A stretch of 28,426 nt of DNA from Myxococcota bacterium (GTDB lineage: Bacteria; Myxococcota; JACRCW01). The notes beneath the pieces were generated by a model. It was not told the origin of the DNA. It did no database searches and saw nothing but the letters and a program-made list of their open reading frames with translations. Shown here in pieces: positions 8,417-16,056 of the stretch (position 1 is its first letter; each line of letters starts with the position of its first letter). A program made the translations under genes and the position numbers. The stretch covers positions 1-28,426 of the forward strand of contig JBFMGU010000137.1 in assembly GCA_040752415.1 (NCBI GenBank), in the 5' to 3' direction.

Positions 8417-9424
8417 GTGGTGTTCGCGGCGTCGACGGTGTTGTGGTGCGTGATGGCCGCGGGAGCCGGCGACGCGGAGCTGCTCCGTCTCGTCGACAAG
8501 GCGATTGACCGCGCGCGCCGGATCGAGCTGCGCACCGACGAGGTCACGCCCTGGGTGGTGATGCACGCCACCATCCCGTTCGGGCGCGGCGCGGAGGTGT
8601 ACGAGGTCTCCCGCAAGCAACGCGTGAATGCGGTGCAGTGGCTCCTCGAGAGCGCCACCTTCGAGGGACAGCGCATCTTCCATCCCGTGCCGGGCGGGCT
8701 GGGCTCGTGGGCGCCGCCGGGGAAGAAGGAGGCGGTGCAGGGACACCGGGACCAGTACCTGGCCAAGCTGGGGCGCGCGGGGGTGCGTCGCGACGAGAAG
8801 ATCCTCCTGCCCGACGGGAGCTTCACCGTGGCGGACCTGGTCAGCGCCGCCAAGCGCAACGTGCGCCCGGAGTACGAGGCCAGTTGGACCCTCACCGCGT
8901 TGCTCATCTACGAGGGCTTTGACGCGAAGTGGAAGAACGCCGACGGGGAGGATTACGACATTCCGCGACTGGTGCGAACCGAGGTGTCCGTGGATCCCAA
9001 CCTGCGCGGGTGCGGTGGCACGCACAATATCTTCGCGCTCGCGGACACGCTGTCCCGACGAAGAAGCGCGAACCTGCCGATCACCGGCGTGTACCAGGAA
9101 GCGCAGGAGAAGGTGGAGCGCTACGTGCGCATGGCCGCGGAATGGCAGGGTGATGCCGGGGACTATTCCGCCGGTTTCTTCGCGCGCAACGTCCGGCCCC
9201 GAGACGACCACGAGCTCATCCACTCCACCGGCCACACCCTCGAGGTCATGGCCCAGGCAGCCACGGACGCCCAGCTCCACGACGAGAAGCTGCAGCGCGC
9301 GGTGCGGCTCACGGCGCAGCGGTTGTTGGCGGTGATGGAGACGGGGAAGGACGTCCGGCTCGGCGCGCTGTTCCACGCGGTGGATGGCCTCGTGATCTAT
9401 CGGCAGCGGCTGACCCGGCGGTAG
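8417..9424 (+). CDS. Secreted conserved hypothetical protein with multiple His motifs
   Basis: GGAGG RBS and signal-like N-terminus. Motifs WVVMH, QGHRDQYL, EASWTL, CGGTH, TGHTLE, LFHAVDGL resemble a hypothetical family I recall from Planctomycetes (unverified). Confidence 0.75.
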   Translation: MVFAASTVLWCVMAAGAGDAELLRLVDKAIDRARRIELRTDEVTPWVVMHATIPFGRGAEVYEVSRKQRVNAVQWLLESATFEGQRIFHPVPGGLGSWAPPGKKEAVQGHRDQYLAKLGRAGVRRDEKILLPDGSFTVADLVSAAKRNVRPEYEASWTLTALLIYEGFDAKWKNADGEDYDIPRLVRTEVSVDPNLRGCGGTHNIFALADTLSRRRSANLPITGVYQEAQEKVERYVRMAAEWQGDAGDYSAGFFARNVRPRDDHELIHSTGHTLEVMAQAATDAQLHDEKLQRAVRLTAQRLLAVMETGKDVRLGALFHAVDGLVIYRQRLTRR

Positions 9425-9427
9425 GGT
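9422..9427 (+). promoter_or_regulatory. Putative -10 element (TAGGGT) of a leaderless transcript, overlapping the upstream stop codon
   Basis: TANNNT 6 nt before ATG 9434. Confidence 0.3.
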
Positions 9428-9433
9428 GGGGCC

Positions 9434-10144
9434 ATGGATCGTCGTGGGTTCTTGAGGCTCTCCGCGGTGGGCCTCGTGTCGGCGTGCAGCCGAGATGGTG
9501 GGTCGCCGCAGCCGGTGCACGCGGTGAAGCAGGTGCGGGTGGAGGTCTGGCACGACCTCATCTGTCCATGGTGCTGCATCGGCCTGTCCAACCTGGGCAA
9601 CGTGCTGAGCGGGTGGCGCGGTCCGCAGGTCGAGGTGGTGCTCCATCCCTTCCTGCTCTCTCCCGACACGCCCCCCGAGGGCACGGACCTGCGCGCGCAT
9701 CTCGACGCCAAGTACGGCGCCTCGCGCTCGGAGCAGATGTTCGCGCGGGTCACGCAGGCGGGCGCGCAGTACGGCGTGGTGTTCAACTGGGAGAAGGTTC
9801 GCGTGGCGCCCCTCTCGGTGCCGGGTCATGCGCTCCTGGGCTTTGCGCCAATGGACAAACAGCTCACGCTGCTGGGCGCCATGCACCACGCGTATTTCCG
9901 CGAGGGACAGAACCTGGGCGCGGTGGAGGTGCTGGCGTCGGTGGCGCGTGTCGTCGGGCTGGACCAGGACGAGGCGGTGCAGGCGGCACTGGATCCGGAG
10001 CGACAGGCCGAGGTGCGTCGTCGAGCGGCGGCGGCCAGCGCGGCGCGCATCACCGGGGTGCCGCATTTCCGCATTGGCGGGCCTACGTTGCAGGGGGCGC
10101 GCTCGCCGGAAGACCTGCGGGCCGCCATGACGACGCCGGCGTGA
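9434..10144 (+). CDS. DsbA family (FrnE-like) thiol-disulfide oxidoreductase, Tat-exported lipoprotein
   Basis: Tat motif DRRGFL and lipobox VSAC. Active site DLICPWC, PFLLSPD, AYF, cis-Pro loop GVPHF, GA motif. Confidence 0.9.
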   Translation: MDRRGFLRLSAVGLVSACSRDGGSPQPVHAVKQVRVEVWHDLICPWCCIGLSNLGNVLSGWRGPQVEVVLHPFLLSPDTPPEGTDLRAHLDAKYGASRSEQMFARVTQAGAQYGVVFNWEKVRVAPLSVPGHALLGFAPMDKQLTLLGAMHHAYFREGQNLGAVEVLASVARVVGLDQDEAVQAALDPERQAEVRRRAAAASAARITGVPHFRIGGPTLQGARSPEDLRAAMTTPA

Positions 10145-10241
10145 CGTCACTGGGGGCTCCATCCCCAGGGGAAGCGCGTCCCATCCAAGCGGAGGATGCT
10201 TCGGACCACGCGGAATCACAGGGATTTCACGACGTCGCACG

Positions 10242-10257
10242 TGGCACGGAACTTGAT
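10242..10257 (+). promoter_or_regulatory. Putative sigma54 promoter TGGCACG-GAAC-TTGAT
   Basis: Perfect -24 box with correct spacing; the -12 box has GA instead of GC. It lies directly upstream of the transglycosylase gene. Confidence 0.5.
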
Positions 10258-10269
10258 GTTCGTGACGGG

Positions 10270-11529
10270 ATGGTGCCGGCCCACCCCATCCACTCCGTGC
10301 GGACCACGCTGCGATTGGGCGTGCTGGTTGCGTTGCTGGGTGTGCTGGGTGCGGGCAGCGCGGCGTCCAAGGTGGGGCGCAAGCGGGCGGTCAAACCTGT
10401 GTCGACGACGGTGAAGGCGCAGGGGACGGATTGCGGCGCGCTGCGCAAGGTGAAAGCGCCGTGGCTCAGTGTGCGCGAGACACCGGGAGGCCGCGGTGAC
10501 GTCGTGGAGGTGCCGGCCAGCCTGGAGCGGCGCGTGAAGTTCTGGATGCGCGTGTGGGGTGAGACACCGCAGGAGGTGACGCTGCTCGTCGACCGTGCGC
10601 ACCCGTGGGTGCAACACGCGGAGGTGGATTGCCAGGACCTCTTCGACTCGCACCGCTCCTGGGCGGTGGCCAGCAAGGATTGCCAGCGTCGGGTGACGTT
10701 GATGCGCAAGCAGGTGGTGGCGCGGCTCAAGAGCGGCAGGGATGACTTGCGCCTGCTGCGTGAGCTCGACGGACAACAGGCCTGGGTGAAGCAGGCGCCG
10801 CGTAACGTGGTGGCCATCCGCGGCAAGCGCGCGGAGCTGGAGGCGGCCATGCGTCGTGCGGGACCGCACCTGGGTCACGTGGAGAACGTGTTTGGCACCA
10901 CGCGCGTGCCCGCGCACTATGCGCGCCTCGCCATCGTTGAGTCGCAGTGGCAGACCGACGTGGTCTCACCCTCGGGCGCGGTGGGCGCGTTCCAGCTGAT
11001 GCCCGACACCGGCCAGCGTTACCTGCTCATCCGCGACGGTGTCGACGAGCGGCGCGATCCCATCCGCTCCGGCCGGGGCGCGGCGCGCTATCTGGCGGAG
11101 GTGGTCAAGGGACTGGGCAGCTGGCCGCTGGCGATCACCGCGTACAACTCCGGTCCTTCGCGCATCAAGCAGCTCGTCAAGCGGCACAAGACGCGTGAGC
11201 TGGGGCACATCGTCGACGCGGGACAGCGCGGTGGCTTTGGCTTTGACGGACAGAACTACTACGCGCAGGTGGCCGCCGTGGCGCGTCTCACCGCGGACCG
11301 TGACATGCCGTCCGAACCGCCGCGCCTCGAGACGGTGGAGCTGCGCAAGCCCCTGCCGTTGGCCACGGTGGCCGCGTGCCTGCAGCAGACGCCCTCCCGG
11401 CTGGCACGCGCCAATCCCGCCCTGGGGTCGGCGGTGGTGAGGGGAGAGCAGCCCGTGCCCAAGGGTTACGTCGTGGCGGTGGAGGTTCCGGAGGCGCAGC
11501 GTGGTCCTCTCCTGGCCACGCGGGAGTAG
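10270..11529 (+). CDS. Lytic transglycosylase (SLT domain, MltD-like) with a LysM-like C-terminal region
   Basis: Motif I IVESQW, motif II SPSGAVGAFQLMPDTG, DERRDP, motif III AITAYNSG, NYY, C-terminal LARANP. Start is ATG 10270 or GTG 10297. Confidence 0.9.
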   Translation: MVPAHPIHSVRTTLRLGVLVALLGVLGAGSAASKVGRKRAVKPVSTTVKAQGTDCGALRKVKAPWLSVRETPGGRGDVVEVPASLERRVKFWMRVWGETPQEVTLLVDRAHPWVQHAEVDCQDLFDSHRSWAVASKDCQRRVTLMRKQVVARLKSGRDDLRLLRELDGQQAWVKQAPRNVVAIRGKRAELEAAMRRAGPHLGHVENVFGTTRVPAHYARLAIVESQWQTDVVSPSGAVGAFQLMPDTGQRYLLIRDGVDERRDPIRSGRGAARYLAEVVKGLGSWPLAITAYNSGPSRIKQLVKRHKTRELGHIVDAGQRGGFGFDGQNYYAQVAAVARLTADRDMPSEPPRLETVELRKPLPLATVAACLQQTPSRLARANPALGSAVVRGEQPVPKGYVVAVEVPEAQRGPLLATRE

Positions 11530-11572
11530 GGTGCGATTGGCGCGGGTTGTCACGGTGCGACTGGGTTGACCG

Positions 11573-12027
11573 GAGCAGCTCGCGCCAGCGCGTCAATGAA
11601 CCAGGCGGCGCGAGCTTTGGGAGTGCGTGTGCAAGCGCCCCACCGGTGACCCGAGTGAAAGGGGGGGCGCGTAGCACCGCTTTGACTTTGGGTCCGGTGG
11701 GATGGGCCGGGTCGGTCCGAGGGAAAGCGGCACTTCATGCCGCAGTCCGAAAGGGTTCGGGCACCGCTCATCCTTGTGAGTCGCGAGCGCCCGAACCCGA
11801 TTGAGAAACGTGCCGCCCCCTGCCCACGGGCATGAACGAGACCGGCACTTTCGGACTGCGGCATGAAGTGCCGCTTTCCCTCGGACCGACGCGGCCCATC
11901 CCAACGGACCCAAAGTCAAAGCGGTGCTACGCGCCCCCCTTTCACTCGGGTCACCGGTGGGGCGCTTGCACGCGCACTCCCAGAGCTCGCGCCGCCTGGC
12001 TTGTTGACGCAATGGCGCGAGCTGCTC
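11573..12027. repeat. Long inverted repeat IR2 (~181-bp arms at 11573-11753 and 11848-12027, 94-bp spacer), mosaic of four REP-like palindromes
   Basis: The arms differ by 9 substitutions and 1 indel. The repeat lies between convergent genes. The spacer has its own 10-bp stem (11753-11762 / 11789-11798). Confidence 0.95.
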
Positions 12028-12036
12028 GCGGCGGCG

Positions 12037-15000
12037 TCAGCCGCAGCCGCAACCGCCGCACTGCGCGGGGCACACGCCGGCGTTGCAGGCATCCTCGGGG
12101 ACGCAGGAGCCGTTCCAGCAGTGGTCGCCGGTGCTGCACCCGTTCCCGTCGTTGCACGCCGCACCGTTGAGCGGAGCCGCGTTGTAGTTGCACCCGCCGG
12201 TGCCGTTGCAGGAGTCCGCGGTGCACGGGTTCCCGTCGTTGCACGCGTACGCGTTGAAGGAGCACGTGCCGTCACCGTTGCACACGTTCACCGTGCACGC
12301 GTTGCCGTCGTCGCACGCGTAGGCGTTGTAGGAGCACGTGCCGTCACCGTTGCACACGTTCACCGTGCAGGCGTTCCCGTCGTTGCACGCGTAGGCGTTG
12401 TAGGAGCAGGTGCCGTCGCCGTTGCACACGTTCACCGTGCACGCGTTCCCATCGTCGCAGCTGTAGGCGGTGTGCGCGCAGGTGCCGTCGCCGTTGCAGG
12501 AGTCCACCGTGCACGGGTTGCCGTCGTCGCAGCTGTACGCGGTGAAGGTGCAGGAGCCATCGCCGTTGCAGGCGTTGGTGGTGCAGGCGTTGCCATCGTC
12601 GCAGGCGTAGGCGTTGAACGAGCAGGTGCCGTCGCCGTTGCAGGCGTTGGTGGTGCAGGCGTTGCCGTCGTCGCAGCTGTATGCGGTGAAGGAGCAGGTG
12701 CCGTCGCCCACGCAGGCATCCACCGTGCACGCGTTGTTGTCATTGCACGCGTAGGGCGTGTGGGCGCAGGCGCCGTTGGCGTCGCACGCGTCGACGGTGC
12801 AGGCGTCCGCGTCGGGGGTGCAGGCGCTGCCGGGGTCGGGCGCGTAGGAGCAGCTGCCCTCCTCACACACCCCCACGTCGACGAAACACTCGCCCGGCGG
12901 TGCGTCGCAGTTCTCGTTGGCGCAGCACTCCAGGCAGGTGTTCTGCTGGCACTGGAAGCAGATGCCGTCCTCGCAGCTTGCCTCCGTCTCACACGCGGAA
13001 TAGCCGCACCCGCTGCCGGTGCCCGCCTGGTACGCGGTACCGCAGCTGAACATCTCCACGACACACTGGTGCAGCGCCGCATCAAAGTGGCTGCTGGTGC
13101 TGCCGGGGTAGGCCACGCCCGGGACGCAGCCGCCCTCCACGCACGCTTCCCCGTGGGTGCAGGCGTTGCCATCCTCGCAATCCGCGTCCACGCAGCAGTT
13201 GGAGACCGGGATGCACGCATCCGCGCCGCACAGGCGTTGTCCGTCGGGGCAGGCGCAGCCGGTGCTGCCACACAGGAGCGCGCCGGTGCACGCGTCCGCG
13301 CCGTTGCAGGTGCACACGCCGTTGCTGCAGGTGTTGGTGGTCACCGTGCACACCACCCCCGCGTTCCCGCCCAGGCAGTTGCTGGACGCACCGCAGTGCT
13401 CCTCGTCGGCGAGCGGGTCGATGCACTGGTCACCACACGGCACCAGGCCCGCGCCGCAGTCCAGCACGCACGCGCCGTCCACGCACACCTGCTGACCGGT
13501 GCAGGCCACACCCGCGTTGTTTCCAACGCAGTCCAGCGACGCGCCGCAGAACTGCTCGTCATCCTGGGGATCCACGCAGTTCCCGCCGCACGGCACCAGC
13601 CCGCCGGTGCAGTCCGCACACGTGCCCTGCTGACACACCTGCGTGGGCGGGCAGGCCTCCCCGCCGTTCTCACCGGTGCAATCCAGCTGCGCGCCGCAGT
13701 GCTGCTCGTTGGTGAGCGGGTCCACGCACTGGTCATTGCAGCCTACCTCGTTCACCTCGCACACCAGGACGCACCCGCCGTCCACGCATTCGTGGTCCTC
13801 GGTGCACACCTCGCCGCCGTTCTCTCCGGTGCAGTCCGAGGTGGCGCCGCAGTAGCGCTCGTCGGAGAGCGGGTCCACGCAGCCGCCGTTGCAGGCAATG
13901 CGCGGGAGCTCACAGTGCAGCTCACACACGCCGTTGTTGCACAGGTGGTCCACGCCGCACGCCTCCCCGCCTTCATCCCCGGTGCACGCGCCCGACGCGC
14001 CGCAGAACTGGTTGTCCGTGAGCGGGTCCGCGCACCGGCCGCCGCAGGTGATCTGTGCGTCGCCACAGTCGAGCATGCAGGAACCCTGGCCGTTGCAGAT
14101 GTAGCCCGGCGGGCAGGTCTGGCCGTCGTTGATGCCTTCACAGTCCAGGCGCGCGCCGCAGTAGGTGTTGTCGGTGAGCGGGTTGATGCACGCGCCGTTG
14201 CAGCGCACCAGGCCCTGCTCACAGTCCTCCACGCACTGGCCCTGGCTGCACACGAACCCCGACGGACAGTACTCACCATTGCGCGGCCACACGCAGTCCA
14301 GCGAGGCGCCACAGTGCTCGTTGCTGGTGCGCGGGTCGGTGCACACGCCGTCACAGACCACCAGGCCCTGCTGGCAGCGCAGCTCACACTCGCCCGCGCC
14401 GTTGCACACGTAGCCGGGCGGGCAGGTGACGCCGCGGTTGAAGCCCAGGCAGTCCTCGCGCGCGCCGCAGTGGTTGTTGTCGGTGGCGGGGGAGATGCAG
14501 CGGCCGTCGCACGCCAGCTGGGTGGGCGGACAGGAGAGGGTGCACTGACCATTGATGCACTGCTGTCCCGCCAGGCACACCATGCCCGCGTTCACGCCGG
14601 TGCAGTCATCCCGCGCGCCGCAGTGCTCCTCGTCCGAGGAGGGGGAGATGCACCGCCCGCCACACATCACCTGTCCGTCGGGGCAACCGCACGCCACACA
14701 CAGGCCGCCGCTGCACGGCACGCCCTCGGGGCACGCCACACCCGCGCTGCCGCTGCCGTTGCCACAGGCGCCCCACGCCCCGCAGTGGTCGGTGTTGGTC
14801 AGGGGATCCACGCAGCTCTCCCCGCACCGCACCAGCCCCTCCGGGCACAGGCTCTCACACGCACCCTGCACGCACCGCTGGTCCGGGCCGCACGCGGTAC
14901 CGGCGCGCGTGCCCAGGCAGTCGCCGCTGGCGCCGCAGTGGTTGTCGTTGGTGGTGGGGTCCACGCACTGGCTGCCGCAGGTCACGAAGCCCGCCGTGCA

Positions 15001-15546
15001 GGTCAGCTCGCACATGCCGTTTCCGTTGCACACGTAGCCGGAGGGACATTGTTCACCGGCGTTCTCCCCCTGGCAGTCAGCGGTGGCGCCACAGTGGTGC
15101 TCGTCGGTGGCGGGGTCCACGCAGCGCCCCTCGCACGCCACCAGGTTCCCGGGACAAGCCAGCACGCAGCTCCCCGCCTGGCACGCCTCCCCGTCGTCGC
15201 ACGCCTGGCCCGCGTTCGCGCCCTGGCAGTTGCCGCTGGCGCCGCAGTGTTCCTCGTCGGTGGCGGGGTCCACGCACGTGTTGTTGCACCAGACCTCTCC
15301 GTTGGAGCACCGGTCCACGCATTGCGCCTGGACGCACACCTGGTCCGGCCGACAGCTGAAGCCGCCGCAGTTGGCGTTGTCCTGACATGCGTCCCCCTCG
15401 CAGGAGCTGGCGGTTGATGCCCCGCTGCTGCTGGCGCCACCACTGCGTCCCCCGTCCGCGTCACCTGAGCTGGCGTTGTTGGCGCACCCCACGACGAACA
15501 GGATTCCGGCGACGAGGAGGATGGGGCTGAGCGGGGATCGGGTCAT
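12037..15546 (-). CDS. Large Cys-rich repeat surface lipoprotein (1169 aa)
   Basis: GGAGG RBS and lipobox VVGC. 13 copies of a ~51-aa C-x-(D/S/N)P-x4-5-(H/Y/F)CGA unit (myxobacterial MXAN_6577/STIG1-like) plus C-terminal 24-aa CDDGNACT..C repeats (Dictyostelium CTDC-like). Confidence 0.9.
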   Translation of the reverse strand: MTRSPLSPILLVAGILFVVGCANNASSGDADGGRSGGASSSGASTASSCEGDACQDNANCGGFSCRPDQVCVQAQCVDRCSNGEVWCNNTCVDPATDEEHCGASGNCQGANAGQACDDGEACQAGSCVLACPGNLVACEGRCVDPATDEHHCGATADCQGENAGEQCPSGYVCNGNGMCELTCTAGFVTCGSQCVDPTTNDNHCGASGDCLGTRAGTACGPDQRCVQGACESLCPEGLVRCGESCVDPLTNTDHCGAWGACGNGSGSAGVACPEGVPCSGGLCVACGCPDGQVMCGGRCISPSSDEEHCGARDDCTGVNAGMVCLAGQQCINGQCTLSCPPTQLACDGRCISPATDNNHCGAREDCLGFNRGVTCPPGYVCNGAGECELRCQQGLVVCDGVCTDPRTSNEHCGASLDCVWPRNGEYCPSGFVCSQGQCVEDCEQGLVRCNGACINPLTDNTYCGARLDCEGINDGQTCPPGYICNGQGSCMLDCGDAQITCGGRCADPLTDNQFCGASGACTGDEGGEACGVDHLCNNGVCELHCELPRIACNGGCVDPLSDERYCGATSDCTGENGGEVCTEDHECVDGGCVLVCEVNEVGCNDQCVDPLTNEQHCGAQLDCTGENGGEACPPTQVCQQGTCADCTGGLVPCGGNCVDPQDDEQFCGASLDCVGNNAGVACTGQQVCVDGACVLDCGAGLVPCGDQCIDPLADEEHCGASSNCLGGNAGVVCTVTTNTCSNGVCTCNGADACTGALLCGSTGCACPDGQRLCGADACIPVSNCCVDADCEDGNACTHGEACVEGGCVPGVAYPGSTSSHFDAALHQCVVEMFSCGTAYQAGTGSGCGYSACETEASCEDGICFQCQQNTCLECCANENCDAPPGECFVDVGVCEEGSCSYAPDPGSACTPDADACTVDACDANGACAHTPYACNDNNACTVDACVGDGTCSFTAYSCDDGNACTTNACNGDGTCSFNAYACDDGNACTTNACNGDGSCTFTAYSCDDGNPCTVDSCNGDGTCAHTAYSCDDGNACTVNVCNGDGTCSYNAYACNDGNACTVNVCNGDGTCSYNAYACDDGNACTVNVCNGDGTCSFNAYACNDGNPCTADSCNGTGGCNYNAAPLNGAACNDGNGCSTGDHCWNGSCVPEDACNAGVCPAQCGGCGCG
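12172..12747 (-). repeat. Intragenic 72-bp tandem repeat, about 8 copies (C(D/N)DGNACTxxxCNGDGTCSxxAYx)
   Basis: Near-identical 24-aa units read in the translation and visible in the DNA (recurring gtgccgtc(a/g)ccgttgca). Confidence 0.9.
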
Positions 15547-15846
15547 GGGAGGGCCTCCGTGCACCCCGGGCCGTCCGGGGAGCGGAAAACGCGCGACGCT
15601 TTCGTGTTTGCGCGAGAGAGCTGCGGTTGCGTGCAAGGCTCACGCGAATCTGGAACGAACTTCTTTCGTCCGAGACGAAGTGGCACGGCGCCCGAACGAA
15701 GCACGGCGAAGCGCGTCAGCCGTCTCGGGTTCGGTGCGTTTGTCGTCGGCGGACTGGGCGCGGGAGGGGAGGCGAACGCAAGCAGGATCCACATCCGTCA
15801 CCCCGTCTCCGACGCGCCGCGGGCGCGAGAGTCGGGTGGAGCGGAC

Positions 15847-15862
15847 TGCAGTGAGCATGCCG
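15847..15862 (-). promoter_or_regulatory. Possible sigma54 promoter CGGCATG-CTCA-CTGCA for the Cys-rich gene
   Basis: GG-N10-GC spacing on the minus strand, ~300 bp upstream of ATG 15546 and downstream of a terminator. Confidence 0.3.
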
Positions 15863-15954
15863 TGTCGTCGGAGGGATGGAGTCAGGAGTCGCACATCGCA
15901 AATTGATCGTCGTCGACAATGTTGCGTGTGCGGATCCGGCAGCGTGCGGCGCGT

Positions 15955-16011
15955 CGAAAAACGAGACCCCACCGCCGGGGATGGGGACAGGAGGATGATC
16001 CGGCGGTGGGG
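15955..16011 (-). terminator. Rho-independent terminator of the FG-GAP gene
   Basis: 12-bp perfect stem CCCCACCGCCGG (15967-15978) / CCGGCGGTGGGG (16000-16011), followed on the minus strand by TCTCGTTTTT, ~45 nt after the stop codon. Confidence 0.65.
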
Positions 16012-16056
16012 CCTACGCGGCCAATGTGCGTGGTGTCTGTCCTTGGTGCACCTCGT

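Noticed and set aside
9484..10269. 262-aa N-terminal extension of the transglycosylase ORF
   Set aside because: It overlaps the DsbA gene in another frame. The signal/TM segment and promoter motif place the start at about 10270-10297.
11573..12027. Inverted repeats as IS ends, an invertible switch or retron msr-msd
   Set aside because: No transposase, recombinase or reverse transcriptase in the window, no target-site duplication seen, and the spacers are under 110 bp and non-coding.
12172..12747. Regularly spaced repeats as a possible CRISPR array
   Set aside because: The units are in-frame 72-bp coding repeats similar along their whole length, with no unique spacers and no cas genes.
11863..15417. 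1184-aa ORF on the + strand
   Set aside because: Antisense shadow of the Cys-repeat gene. It is A/V/R/G-rich, starts inside the inverted repeat, and long stop-free shadows are expected in GC-rich repetitive DNA.
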